The notes: a model not told the origin generated them from the sequence alone. A stretch of 42,305 nt of DNA from Pseudomonadota bacterium (GCA_021848705.1 JAJZTT010000003.1:1-42305), one strand, 5' to 3'; positions 1 through 9,298 are shown, numbered from the stretch's first letter. Program-made: numbers and translations.

Positions 1-1
1 G

Positions 2-190
2 CTCTCCCACATATTCGAAAAATTCTACCGGGCCGATACAGTGAGCGGCATTCCGGGCTCCGGCCTCGGCATGTCGCTGGTCCTCGAAATCATGAAGATC
101 CACGGCGGAAAAATTTTCGTGGAAAGCGCACCGGGCAGTGGCACCACGGTGACCCTGCTGTTCCCGGCTCCATTGCAAACGGAGCCCTAA
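2..190 (+). CDS. C-terminal end of a sensor histidine kinase (HATPase_c), 5'-truncated by the window edge
   Basis: Manual translation of frame 2: LSHIFEKFYRADTVSGIPGSGLGMSLVLEIMKIHGGKIFVESAPGSGTTVTLLFP...*, with F-box and G2-box motifs. Not in the ORF track. Confidence 0.9.
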   Translation, partial: LSHIFEKFYRADTVSGIPGSGLGMSLVLEIMKIHGGKIFVESAPGSGTTVTLLFPAPLQTEP

Positions 191-249
191 AATGGCAATA
201 TATGAAAATAATGAAATCATGATCTGATATAAATGCAATTTCCGTTCCC

Positions 250-858
250 ATGGTAAACAACAAGGATCGCGAAGAAGTCTGCTCCACCAGGGAGGCTTCG
301 AAAATGCTCGGCGTATCTCTGCGCACCATCCAGCTCTGGGTGGAGAGCGGCAGCCTCAAGGCCTGGAAAACGCCGGGCGGCCATCGCCGGGTCAGCAGGA
401 AATCCGTGGAAGAATTGCTTGCAGCGCGTCGCTTCGAAGGAATTCCCGCCAGAGAGAAGTCGATCGAAGTGCTCGTGGTGGAAGACGACCTGGCGCTTTG
501 CAGGCTGTACGAGGCCACGATCGGCAGATGGAACATTCCGGTGCGGATCAGGACCGTGATCGACGGATTCGACGCACTGGTCGCCATCGGCGCGGAAAAA
601 CCCGACATCATGATCATCGACATCAATCTGCCCGCAATGGACGGCGTGGCGCTGCTCAGAAAGCTGCGCCAGAACCGCGATTACGACGATATCGAAATTG
701 TCGTCGTCACCGGCCTGGATGCAGAGGAAATCGAAAGACGCGGCGGCGTGCCGAAGGGAATTCCGGTATTTCTGAAACCGGTCCCGTTCGGACTCATTCA
801 GGCCAGCATGCAGGAAATCGCCAACCGCAAGCTCGAGGGACGCCTTGTCCGGAACTGA
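250..858 (+). CDS. Response regulator with N-terminal excisionase/MerR-like (HTH_17) DNA-binding domain and C-terminal receiver domain
   Basis: STREASKMLGVSLRTIQLWVESGSLKAWKTPGGHRR (excisionase-type HTH); VLVVEDD, DINLPAMDG, VVTG, LKP (REC). Confidence 0.9.
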   Translation: MVNNKDREEVCSTREASKMLGVSLRTIQLWVESGSLKAWKTPGGHRRVSRKSVEELLAARRFEGIPAREKSIEVLVVEDDLALCRLYEATIGRWNIPVRIRTVIDGFDALVAIGAEKPDIMIIDINLPAMDGVALLRKLRQNRDYDDIEIVVVTGLDAEEIERRGGVPKGIPVFLKPVPFGLIQASMQEIANRKLEGRLVRN

Positions 859-900
859 TTCCGCCCGCCGCCCCGTGAATTCCAACGTCCCGCCCAGCCC

Positions 901-2304
901 ATGCTGACAGTTTCCCTGGATCAGGAATGCCGCAAACTGGTCATGCATCTTGGCGGCATGCTGTTCATTGCAGATCTGAAAGGAAAGCTTCTTTTCGTCA
1001 ATCCTGCATGGCAGAAACACCTTGGCTACACGGAGCAGGAATGCATCGGCAGGCGCATCGAGGAATTCGCAACCGGGTCTTCCCGGAATGGCATTCCTGA
1101 ATTGCTCTCGTCAGGCGGCGAGATGGAATTGCTCCTGAAGCGCAAGGAGGGCGGCGAAATGACCGTCGAACTGCAGGTATCCCGCCTGGGAGCGGAGGAT
1201 GGACTTCTCGGGCTCATGGTGGACGTCTCGGAACGCAAGGCGGCGCAGCATGCTCTGCAAGCGACTGAAACCAAGCTGCGCAAGATCCTCTCCCTGAGTC
1301 CTGAAGGCGTTCTGGCGCTCGATTCCTCCTGCTGCATTTCCTTTTGCAACAACCGGCTCGCCGAAATGCTCTGGATCGGGACCCAGAAGGGCAACCCGAT
1401 TGCCGGTTGCCTGCCGAAACTGGAAGAGGAATGGCTTTGCAGGTTGGCCGAACTGCAGGAAGCCATCAGGTCCGGGCAGCAGCACGGGTTCATGCGGCTT
1501 GCCGACCCGATGAGAATCATCCGTTGGGAAGCCCGTGATTTCGAAAGCGAGGAACTGAGCCATGTGATCTTTTTCAGGGACATCACACGGGAAGCCGAAA
1601 TCGACCGGATGAAAAGCGAATTCCTGGCCACCGCAGCGCACGAACTGCGCACGCCGATGTCCAGCATTTACGGTTTTGCCGAATTGATGCTGCACCGGGA
1701 AACCGACGAACGTGAACGAAGGGAATTTCTCGGCATCATCCACGAGCAGGCTGCCGGCATCATCAGGATGCTGGACGAATTGCTGGATCTGGCCAGGATC
1801 GAGTCGAGAACCGGAAAGGATTTCAGATTCAGCCAGCAGGACCTGCTCTCCGTCTTGCATCTTGCCATGCAGGACATCCGCTCCGCAGGCGAAACCCGCA
1901 AACTGACCCTCTCCGTTCCCGACCGGGAACTTCCGCCTGCATGGGTCGATCCGGAAAAAACCAGGCAGGTTTTCTCCAATGTACTCGGCAATGCCTGCAA
2001 GTATTCTCCGGATGGCAGCGAAATCCGGATCGAAGCGGGACGGGACGCTGCCGAAAACAAACTGGTTTTCAGCATCACGGACAGCGGGATCGGCATGACT
2101 CCAGAACAGGTTTCCAGGATTTTCGAGCGGTTCTACCGCGCAAAAAGCATCCCTCACGTTCCAGGGGCTGGACTCGGAATGTCGCTCGTCCGGGAAATCA
2201 TGCTGATTCACAACGGCTTCGTCGAGGTAGAAAGTTCGTTCGGAAGCGGAACCTGCGTCAAGCTCGGTTTTCCCCTGAAGGACCGGAGGGAAGAGAATGC
2301 GTGA
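901..2304 (+). CDS. Cytoplasmic PAS-domain sensor histidine kinase
   Basis: PAS (LLFVNPAWQKHLGY...DVSERK); H-box ATAAHELRTP; N-box NVLGNACKYS; DSGIGM; FERFYR; GAGLGMSLV. No transmembrane helix evident. Confidence 0.92.
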   Translation: MLTVSLDQECRKLVMHLGGMLFIADLKGKLLFVNPAWQKHLGYTEQECIGRRIEEFATGSSRNGIPELLSSGGEMELLLKRKEGGEMTVELQVSRLGAEDGLLGLMVDVSERKAAQHALQATETKLRKILSLSPEGVLALDSSCCISFCNNRLAEMLWIGTQKGNPIAGCLPKLEEEWLCRLAELQEAIRSGQQHGFMRLADPMRIIRWEARDFESEELSHVIFFRDITREAEIDRMKSEFLATAAHELRTPMSSIYGFAELMLHRETDERERREFLGIIHEQAAGIIRMLDELLDLARIESRTGKDFRFSQQDLLSVLHLAMQDIRSAGETRKLTLSVPDRELPPAWVDPEKTRQVFSNVLGNACKYSPDGSEIRIEAGRDAAENKLVFSITDSGIGMTPEQVSRIFERFYRAKSIPHVPGAGLGMSLVREIMLIHNGFVEVESSFGSGTCVKLGFPLKDRREENA

Positions 2305-2674
2305 AAAGATTCTCATCGCCGAAGATGAAAGCAACCTCAGGAAGCTGCTGGTGGCGACGCTGGGCGCATCTTTCCAGCTCTTCCAGGCATCCAGCGGCGA
2401 AGAAGCCTTTCTGCTCGCACAACGGCACAAACCGGATGTCATCCTGCTCGACATCATGATGCCCGGAACGGTCAACGGCCTCGACGTATGCAGGAAAATC
2501 AAGCAGGACCCCGCCCTGTGCACCAACTACATCATCCTGCTCACCGCGCTCGGACAGAAGGCGGACAGGGAATGCGGCGCAAAAGCCAATGCCGATGCCT
2601 ATGTCGTCAAACCTTTCTCTCCGCTGGCCCTCATCGAACTGATTGAAAACAGGAATAAAAAATCGCACTGCTGA
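2297..2674 (+). CDS. Single-domain response regulator (receiver only)
   Basis: ILIAEDE, LLDIMMPG, LLTA, YVVKPF; overlaps the kinase stop by 8 bp. Confidence 0.92.
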   Translation: MREKILIAEDESNLRKLLVATLGASFQLFQASSGEEAFLLAQRHKPDVILLDIMMPGTVNGLDVCRKIKQDPALCTNYIILLTALGQKADRECGAKANADAYVVKPFSPLALIELIENRNKKSHC

Positions 2675-2810
2675 CCGAAGACGAAATCGTTTGCACGAGC
2701 CTGCAGGGGGACTGTGAACGGACCGGATGAAGAAAAAAGACTTGCAGCAGAACGCAGGCCGCTTTCCGGGCCGATACCTTGCATCCCTTTCCCTGGAAAT
2801 CGCCCGAATT

Positions 2811-3578
2811 TCAGAAACGGCGCCCGGCGACGAGGCTCGTCCCGATCATGGTCCGCTTCATGGCGAGCGGACTTGAGGCCGCACTTCCCCCGATACGGTG
2901 GATGCCGAGGGAGGCATGAGTGAACCATCCTCCACCCAGTTGATGCATCCAGCCCAGGTTGGCGCCGTAATTCCGGATCCCGGCACTTGCCGTGTAGGGA
3001 GCCAGCACTCCCCCGGAAGCAGCGGACTGCGCAGGCGTGACGCCGAAATAAGTCTGCATGTAACGGCCGTTCGCCCAGTTGACTTCGAGCCCGGCTCGAA
3101 CCCGATCGGATCGGCCGATGTTCCTCTCCAGCCCGCCATCGAGTTCCACCCTAGCGCCTCGCTGCCCTGCTCCGAAGCGCGAGGCCGCATACCATGGAGC
3201 GAATCTCGCGTCGAAAAAGCCGCCCGCCTCCACGCCCCAGTTGATGTCGCCGGTGCCATTGAGACGTACGTCGGCATTCTGCCTGCGATAAGGGGTGAGT
3301 CCGATCCTCGGACCGAAATGGAAACGGGGATCTTCGGAAAGGTCATACCCGATCCCCTCCGAAACCCCGGCAAAGAATCTCCCCTTTCTTGCCTCGAACA
3401 CCGGCACGGCCCTCACCCTGCGAGTCGACGATCCCTCGTAGCGGGGAACGAAGGCGGCGCCTGCACCCAGGGTGAATTTCCATTTCTCGGATTCCCGCAC
3501 CTCCACGGCTTCTTCTGCGAAAGACATCTGGCAGACCAGGATGGATGGAATCAGCAGCGAGACTCTTTTCATGTTCAT
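2811..3578 (-). CDS. MipA/OmpV-family outer membrane protein
   Basis: Start reassigned to MNMKRVSLLIPSILVCQMSFA (signal peptide; ATG 3578 or 3572). Motifs GAGAAFVPRYEGS and WANGRYMQTYFGVTPAQSAASG; C-terminal Phe. Confidence 0.85.
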   Translation of the reverse strand: MNMKRVSLLIPSILVCQMSFAEEAVEVRESEKWKFTLGAGAAFVPRYEGSSTRRVRAVPVFEARKGRFFAGVSEGIGYDLSEDPRFHFGPRIGLTPYRRQNADVRLNGTGDINWGVEAGGFFDARFAPWYAASRFGAGQRGARVELDGGLERNIGRSDRVRAGLEVNWANGRYMQTYFGVTPAQSAASGGVLAPYTASAGIRNYGANLGWMHQLGGGWFTHASLGIHRIGGSAASSPLAMKRTMIGTSLVAGRRF

Positions 3579-3733
3579 GCTTCCAGTTTCATATCGGGAA
3601 GGTGAATATAAATTCGCAACATTAAACCCGGCTGAAGATCGCGGCAGGTAGCAAGCGCCACCACCTTGATTTTCAGGGAAAAATGCATCATCATTGGATG
3701 GACCGTATCGCCCCTGGAGTAAAATCGGCAAAA

Positions 3734-5026
3734 ATGGCTGCATTCGAAGAAAGGCTCAACACCGCGGCCGGAAAGCATCTCGAAGGCGCGATCGCCGCTG
3801 CGGAAATCCTCTACCGCGAACTCGTCGCGGATTTCCCGGAAAAGGCGCAAGCGAGGCATTATCTCGGATTCCTGCTGCAGCAACAGGGAAGGCTTGCGGA
3901 AGCTGCCGAAGAAATGGAGGCTTCTCTTGCGCTCGATGAAGGGCATGCAGAACGCCATTTCAGTCTCGCCATGGTCCATTCCGGGCTCGGTAATCCGCAT
4001 CTGGCCGAAAAGGCATTGCGGCGCGCCATCGAACTAGAACCGAATCAGTATTTCTACCATACCAATCTCGGCGCAATCTGCGAACAGTCCGGAAAACCGG
4101 AAGAGGCGGAATCGAGCTATCTCGAAGCTGCGAAAATCTCGCCCGAAATCGCGGACGCCCATTTCCTTCTTGCAGAGCTCTATCTCCGGCTCGGGCGCCA
4201 TGCGGATGCGCGGAAAAGAAACTGGCTCGGCATCGCCGCATCCCATGGCAAGGGTTTTTCGAAAATGGTCCATGCCCAGTCCCTGCACGAGACCGGCAAG
4301 GAGGAGGAAGCCTGTTCCCTGCTGGAGAGATGGCATGCCGAGGAACCGGACCATCCCGTCCCGGTCCACCTTCTCTGCGCCTACCGCGGGGACCCGGCCC
4401 CTGAAAGATGCTCAAGGGATTATGTCCGAAAAACCTTCGACTCCTTTGCGGAAAGCTTCGACAACGTGCTGGGCAGGCTCAAATACAGCGGCCCTGCGCT
4501 TGTGAAGGCATTTCTCGAGGAAACGCTTCCCGCCGGAAAATTCCACATACTTGATCTCGGCTGCGGAACCGGGCTCACCGGAGCATCCCTGAAGCCTTAT
4601 GCCTCTTTGCTCGAAGGAGTGGATCTTTCCGGGAAAATGCTGCAAAAGGCCAGGGAAAGGAACCTCTACGACCGGCTTCACAGGAACGATCTTGTCGATT
4701 TCCTGGAAAGGGATGCCGATTCCCGGGACATCGTCGTCTCCATGGACACCTTCATTTACCTGGGCAACCTCGAACCGGTCATCGGCCTCGTCGCCGCATC
4801 GCTCAAACCTGGCGGATGGTTCCTGTTCAGCACGGAATCCCTGGAAGAAGAAGCGCCCTACCGGCTCGACATCAGCGGCAGGTATCGGCATTCCCCGGTT
4901 TTCCTGCGCAAGATTCTCGAAGAAAAGGGGTTCGAAATCCCACGCTTCGAGAAAGTCGTGATCCGCCTCGAATCCGGCAGTCCGATCCACGGACATTTCG
5001 TCTGCGCGCGCATGAGGGAACAATAA
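3734..5026 (+). CDS. TPR-repeat SAM-dependent methyltransferase (COG4976-like)
   Basis: Several TPR repeats, then YVRKTFDSFAESFD..L..LKYSGP, ILDLGCGTG, GVDLSGKML, SGRYRHS. Start taken at MAAFEE (3734). Confidence 0.85.
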   Translation: MAAFEERLNTAAGKHLEGAIAAAEILYRELVADFPEKAQARHYLGFLLQQQGRLAEAAEEMEASLALDEGHAERHFSLAMVHSGLGNPHLAEKALRRAIELEPNQYFYHTNLGAICEQSGKPEEAESSYLEAAKISPEIADAHFLLAELYLRLGRHADARKRNWLGIAASHGKGFSKMVHAQSLHETGKEEEACSLLERWHAEEPDHPVPVHLLCAYRGDPAPERCSRDYVRKTFDSFAESFDNVLGRLKYSGPALVKAFLEETLPAGKFHILDLGCGTGLTGASLKPYASLLEGVDLSGKMLQKARERNLYDRLHRNDLVDFLERDADSRDIVVSMDTFIYLGNLEPVIGLVAASLKPGGWFLFSTESLEEEAPYRLDISGRYRHSPVFLRKILEEKGFEIPRFEKVVIRLESGSPIHGHFVCARMREQ

Positions 5027-6811
5027 GTGGCCATCTTCGAATGGAACGAAACCTACAGCGTCGGCAATGAAGTGGTGGATTCCCAGCACAGGAAGCTCGT
5101 CGAAATGATCAACGAACTGGAACATGCCTACTCGGTCGGCCAGGAAATCTCCAGCATCGCCGGACTGTACGGCAGTCTCGCCGACTACGCGAAATACCAT
5201 TTCTCCACGGAAGAGAAAATGATGCGCGAGAGGGGCTGCGAGGCGAGGCATTACGAGAGGCACTGCAGGGAGCACAGGGAATTCGTGGGTATGGTCCTGA
5301 AGCTGCACGATGCGCTCGAGTCCTCCGACACCAAGATCGCCGACGCCATCCTCGACTACCTCATCAAATGGCTCATGCACCACATCATGGGCGAGGACAA
5401 GGCAATGATGCGCATGCTCGAAGGGAGAAATCCCAAGCAGATCGAGGACAGGGAGGCCTTCCTGACGCATGCGCTCGACCAGGAAATCGCCGAGCGCAAC
5501 CTGATATCCGCACTCAGGGAAAGCGAAAACCGCTTCCGCTCCCTGGCGAACCAGGTTCCGGTACTGATCTGGATGGAAGAAGAAGCGCGAGGCAGGGTGT
5601 TTTTCAACCAGACCTGGCTCGATTTCACCGGAAAGCGGATCGATGAAATCCGGGGAGAAGGATGGAAGAAGGACGTTCACCCGGAAGACCTCGAGCACGC
5701 GAATGAGACGATTTCGAAAGCGCTTTCCGCAAGGAAACACTACACTGCGGAATACCGGCTGAAAAGGCAGAACGGAAGCTACCGCTGGCTGCTCGAAACC
5801 GGGGTGCCTAGGTTTCTCGGCAGCGGGGAGTTTTCCGGCCATGTCGGCGCTTGCGTCGACATCACCGAGCGCAAGAAGGGCGAGCTCATCATGAAGGTCG
5901 CCCGTGACCAGCTCGAAAAAAGGGTTGCAGAAAGAACCCGGGAACTCAACGAGGCGAACGCAAGGCTCTCTCGGGAGAAGGAGGAACAGCTCCTGCTCAT
6001 CAGAAAACTGGAAGAAGCGCAAAATCAGCTGCTCCAGTCGGAAAAAATGGCCGCCATCGGCCAGCTCGCAGCAGGTGTCGCCCACGAGATCAACAACCCG
6101 ATCGGGTACGTGCAGTCCAACCTCGGCACCCTGAAGACCTATATTGAGGACATCCTGAAGCTGGTCGAAGCCTACGAATCGGTCGAACCCACGCTCGAGG
6201 GGGAAAATTCCGCCAGGATCGCCAGGTTGAAGCGGGAGATCGACCTCGATTTCCTGAAAGGGGATCTTGCCAGCCTGCTGGCCGAATCGCGGGAAGGCAT
6301 CTCCCGGGTCAAGGGGATCGTGCAGGATCTCAGGGATTTCTCCCATGTCGACGAATCCGAATGGCAGTGGGCCGACATCAACCGCAATCTCGACACCACC
6401 CTCAACGTCATCCACAACGAACTGAAATACAAGGCAGAGGTGATCCGTGAATACGGATCTCTGCCCGAGATTCGCTGCCTTCCCCAGCAGATCAGCCAGG
6501 TGTTCATGAATCTCCTCGTCAATGCAGCGCACGCCATCGAAGGGCGTGGCACCATCACCATTCGCACGCTTGCAGAAAACGGGGGGGTCGTGGTGAAAAT
6601 TTCGGATACCGGCTGCGGCATTCCGCAGGAAAACATCAATCGCATCTTCGAACCCTTCTTCACCACGAAGCCGGTCGGAAAGGGAACCGGGCTCGGGCTT
6701 TCGCTCGCGAGGAGCATCGTCGAGAAGCACGACGGCAGAATGGAAGTGTCGAGCGAACCTGGACGGGGAACCACTTTCAGCATCTTCCTCCCCCCCTCTC
6801 CTCCAGGGTAA
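5027..6811 (+). CDS. Bacteriohemerythrin-PAS sensor histidine kinase (NtrB-like kinase core)
   Basis: FEWNETYSVG...DSQHRKL, HFSTEE, HCREH, HHIMGED (di-iron ligands); PAS/PAC (VHPED, EYRL, DITERK); AHEINNP, NLLVNA, FFTTKPVGKGTGLGL. GTG start directly after the upstream stop. Confidence 0.92.
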   Translation: MAIFEWNETYSVGNEVVDSQHRKLVEMINELEHAYSVGQEISSIAGLYGSLADYAKYHFSTEEKMMRERGCEARHYERHCREHREFVGMVLKLHDALESSDTKIADAILDYLIKWLMHHIMGEDKAMMRMLEGRNPKQIEDREAFLTHALDQEIAERNLISALRESENRFRSLANQVPVLIWMEEEARGRVFFNQTWLDFTGKRIDEIRGEGWKKDVHPEDLEHANETISKALSARKHYTAEYRLKRQNGSYRWLLETGVPRFLGSGEFSGHVGACVDITERKKGELIMKVARDQLEKRVAERTRELNEANARLSREKEEQLLLIRKLEEAQNQLLQSEKMAAIGQLAAGVAHEINNPIGYVQSNLGTLKTYIEDILKLVEAYESVEPTLEGENSARIARLKREIDLDFLKGDLASLLAESREGISRVKGIVQDLRDFSHVDESEWQWADINRNLDTTLNVIHNELKYKAEVIREYGSLPEIRCLPQQISQVFMNLLVNAAHAIEGRGTITIRTLAENGGVVVKISDTGCGIPQENINRIFEPFFTTKPVGKGTGLGLSLARSIVEKHDGRMEVSSEPGRGTTFSIFLPPSPPG

Positions 6812-6886
6812 AATGTTGCAAAGCCGGTTGCAATTGCCGGGGCATGGTGCCAGAATTGGAATGTAGCGTAAAAAGGAATCACGATC

Positions 6887-7066
6887 ATGGGCATGTCGAT
6901 GCAAAGCGTCTCCAGCACCCCGGCCACGAGCACGGTCAGCGCGCTGCAACAGATGCAGCAGATGCAACAGATGCAAAGCCTGCAGCAGCCTCCCGTTCAG
7001 CAGCCCAACCCGATTCCGAGCAAGCCGGTCGGTCCGCTCGGCAACAACATCGACGTGAAAGCATAG
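6887..7066 (+). CDS. 59-aa Gln/Ser/Pro-rich small protein with C-terminal G-x-x-I-D-x-x-A motif (YjfB-like)
   Basis: Manual translation MGMSMQSVSSTPATSTVSALQQMQQMQQMQSLQQPPVQQPNPIPSKPVGPLGNNIDVKA*; SD-like AAAAGGA upstream; below the ORF-track length cut-off. Confidence 0.75.
   Translation: MGMSMQSVSSTPATSTVSALQQMQQMQQMQSLQQPPVQQPNPIPSKPVGPLGNNIDVKA
6945..6976 (+). repeat. 9-bp tandem repeat (TGCARCAGA) x3.5, encoding QQM repeats
   Basis: tgcaacaga tgcagcaga tgcaacaga tgcaa read directly from the sequence. Confidence 0.8.
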
Positions 7067-7067
7067 G

Positions 7068-8333
7068 CTGGCCCACCTTCTCCTGCTCGAAATCCCGGGC
7101 GCGAATGATTTCAACATCATAAACGATGCGGTGGCCCTGGGCCACGAAGTCACTTTTTTCACTTCGGATTGCACGCTTTATCATGGAAGACAGGGTTCCG
7201 ACGCGCTCCGGCTTTGCCGCGCGATCGTCGAAACTTCTCCTTTCGATTACGATTCTTTCGAAAAAAGGGCGCTCCGGATCCATCAAAACAGGCCTTTCGA
7301 TGCCATCGTCTGCCTGATTGACATCCGGCTCGTCGAGGCTTCCAGGCTCGCGAAGAAACTGGGCTTGCGTTTTCTGTCGCAAGAGGTTGCGACCCTGGTT
7401 CGGGACAAATACCATGTGCGTCAAAGGCTCTCCGATTGTGGAATCGTCCAGCCGGAATTCGAGCTCGCCACTTCCAACGCAGAACTTTCCGCCGCAGTCG
7501 AAAAAATCGGCTTTCCGGTCCTCATCAAGCCCTGCGACGGCTATGGATCCCAGAACATCGTGACCTTCCGCTCGCAGCGCGATTTCGAACCGGCAAGAGC
7601 ACTGTTCTCCAATTATCTTCCCTGCAGGACAGACTACGGGCTCGGCGTCAGGGCGAACGACAGGCTGCTCGTCGAGCGCTTCGTCGAGGGGGCCGTGATC
7701 GGGGTGGAAACCTTCACGCTGGAAGGAAAACACCGCTTTCTCGGCATCAACGACAAGGTTTTCTTTCCTCCGCCCTTTTTCGCCATCCGGGGAAGCAGCT
7801 TCCCCGCTTCGAGATTCGACACTGAAAAAATCAGGGATTACGTGTTCTCGGTGCTGGATGCGATCGGCTTCGATTTCGGAGCGGCGCACACCGAAGTCAT
7901 CGTCGCCGAAAACGGGCTGTATCTCGTGGAAGTCAATGCCAGGCTGATCGGCGCGAAGATCCCCAGGCTTCTCGGCCTGGCCCTGGGCAGATCGGTCTAT
8001 TCCGACGTCGTGAACCTGCATCTCGGCACCCTTTTGGAACCGAAGGATGCCGGGCTCTTCGCAGCGTCGAGATGGCTGGTGGCGAGCGAAGAAGGAGTCC
8101 TCCGAGAAATCGTCCTGCCAGAGCAGCGCGATCCTGCGATTCGTACAGTCGAAATGTTGAAGCAGCCCGGGGACAGGGTGAGGCCGCCGTTCGACAACAC
8201 CGACAGACTGGGCTATGTCATGGCTGTCGCTGGATCGGCCGGCGAAGCCGAAAGGATCGCAGAGGAATATTCATCGCGCTGCTGCGTATTGATCGATCAA
8301 CAGTCTTCCGCGAGTCTGAAACCCATCGCATAG
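7068..8333 (+). CDS. ATP-grasp enzyme, L-amino-acid-ligase-like
   Basis: RDKYHVRQRL, GFPVLIKPCDGYGS, LLVERFVEG, HTEVIV, LVEVNARLIG, and C-terminal GD.V.PP.DN.DRLGYV. The frame is open back to CTG 7068 (LAHLLLLE...); the ORF track starts at GTG 7131. Confidence 0.85.
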   Translation: MAHLLLLEIPGANDFNIINDAVALGHEVTFFTSDCTLYHGRQGSDALRLCRAIVETSPFDYDSFEKRALRIHQNRPFDAIVCLIDIRLVEASRLAKKLGLRFLSQEVATLVRDKYHVRQRLSDCGIVQPEFELATSNAELSAAVEKIGFPVLIKPCDGYGSQNIVTFRSQRDFEPARALFSNYLPCRTDYGLGVRANDRLLVERFVEGAVIGVETFTLEGKHRFLGINDKVFFPPPFFAIRGSSFPASRFDTEKIRDYVFSVLDAIGFDFGAAHTEVIVAENGLYLVEVNARLIGAKIPRLLGLALGRSVYSDVVNLHLGTLLEPKDAGLFAASRWLVASEEGVLREIVLPEQRDPAIRTVEMLKQPGDRVRPPFDNTDRLGYVMAVAGSAGEAERIAEEYSSRCCVLIDQQSSASLKPIA

Positions 8334-9298
8334 GTTCCCGATGCGGGATTGTGCCCGTGCCTTCTCCTCGTCCTGGCAAGATCTCGCATCCTTGCGAAGC
8401 CCCCTCCCCGCGCCACCCGGTAGTTCCCGTTCTTCTCGACGAGATGGTCGCTCACGAACTCCCCTCCGGGATAGGGGTGATAATCATCCGAGACATATTC
8501 CTCGACATTGCCGGCCATGTCGGCGATGCCGAAAGGAGAATTCCCCTCCGGGAACATTCCGACCGGGGTGGTGGACAGAATGCCCGTCTCCAGCGTGTTG
8601 CAGCGATCGGCGAGGAATTCGTTCCCCCAGGGGAACTCGAATCGTTCCGTCCCTGCCGCCGCATACTCCCATTCGGCTTCGGTGGGCAGGCGCAAGCGCC
8701 TCCCGGTTTGCTCCGAGAGCCAGCGCGCATAGGCATCCGCCGATTGTGCGCTCACGGTAAAGACGGGATGGTTGGATCTTTCCTGCGGATAGCGTCGGAA
8801 TGCCCAACTGTCCGGAATTCCGGAATGTCCGGTCCGCTCCAGGAAAATCCGGTATTCGAAATTGGTGACCGGGTATTTCGCCATCCTGTAGTTTCCCAGC
8901 AGGACCCGATGGGCGGGGCATTCCTTGAGGATCCATTTCCTGTCGAGGCCGAGACCTGTAAATCTTTCCATCACCGAATCGACTTCGGCCTGGCCAAGCC
9001 CGATTTCGACCTCCCCGCCCGGAATATCCAGCATCGCGGGCGATGACGGGTCGATTCTCGGATCCCCCAGCAGGGCGAGCAGGTTCCCCGCCGCATACCG
9101 ATCCTCCAGGCAGGAAGCGGGGTCCTCGACGATTGCGCACAATTCCTCCCGGTCCAGCCCGGAAAGCCTCAGCCAGGTCTCGCTGAGGTCGCAGAATCTG
9201 GAAGGAAAATAACCTTCCGGAAGGCCAAGCCTTTCCCGGTCGCTCATGGTGCCGCAAAGCGCTGTCTCGAATTTCGGAGAATGCCACCATTCAGTCAT
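8297..9298 (-). CDS. toxD: FGE-sulfatase (SUMF1-like) domain protein, toxoflavin-pathway ToxD-like
   Basis: YPVTNFEY, RLPTEAEWEYAA, FPWG, DMAGNVEEY, RGGGF, GFRLA; N-terminal SDRERLGLP and RYAAGNLLALLGDPRI resemble ToxD as I recall it; co-operonic with a ToxC-like WD40 gene. Confidence 0.75.
   Translation of the reverse strand: MTEWWHSPKFETALCGTMSDRERLGLPEGYFPSRFCDLSETWLRLSGLDREELCAIVEDPASCLEDRYAAGNLLALLGDPRIDPSSPAMLDIPGGEVEIGLGQAEVDSVMERFTGLGLDRKWILKECPAHRVLLGNYRMAKYPVTNFEYRIFLERTGHSGIPDSWAFRRYPQERSNHPVFTVSAQSADAYARWLSEQTGRRLRLPTEAEWEYAAAGTERFEFPWGNEFLADRCNTLETGILSTTPVGMFPEGNSPFGIADMAGNVEEYVSDDYHPYPGGEFVSDHLVEKNGNYRVARGGGFARMRDLARTRRRHGHNPASGTYAMGFRLAEDC

Noticed and set aside
6812-6862. Sigma54 or sigma28 promoter upstream of the small ORF
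   Set aside because: TGGTGC-N5-TTGGA lacks the -12 GC, and the TAAA/GCCG spacing is wrong for sigma28. A GTTGCAA direct repeat is present but too short to call.
4412-7174. 920-aa minus-strand ORF, and other long antisense ORFs such as 1111-2526, 9863-11419, 14002-15249, 21459-22961 and 40573-41916
   Set aside because: They shadow well-supported genes on the opposite strand and have no recognisable motifs; expected in GC-rich DNA.
6887-8333. Small peptide plus ATP-grasp enzyme as a graspetide RiPP system
   Set aside because: The peptide has a single acidic residue and no repeated T/S/K-D/E core, and the enzyme looks like an L-amino-acid ligase rather than a RimK/MvdD-type macrocyclase.
8297-9298. 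True formylglycine-generating enzyme or EgtB
   Set aside because: No catalytic Cys pair after the RGG motif, no DinB-like EgtB domain and no neighbouring sulfatase; context fits ToxD.
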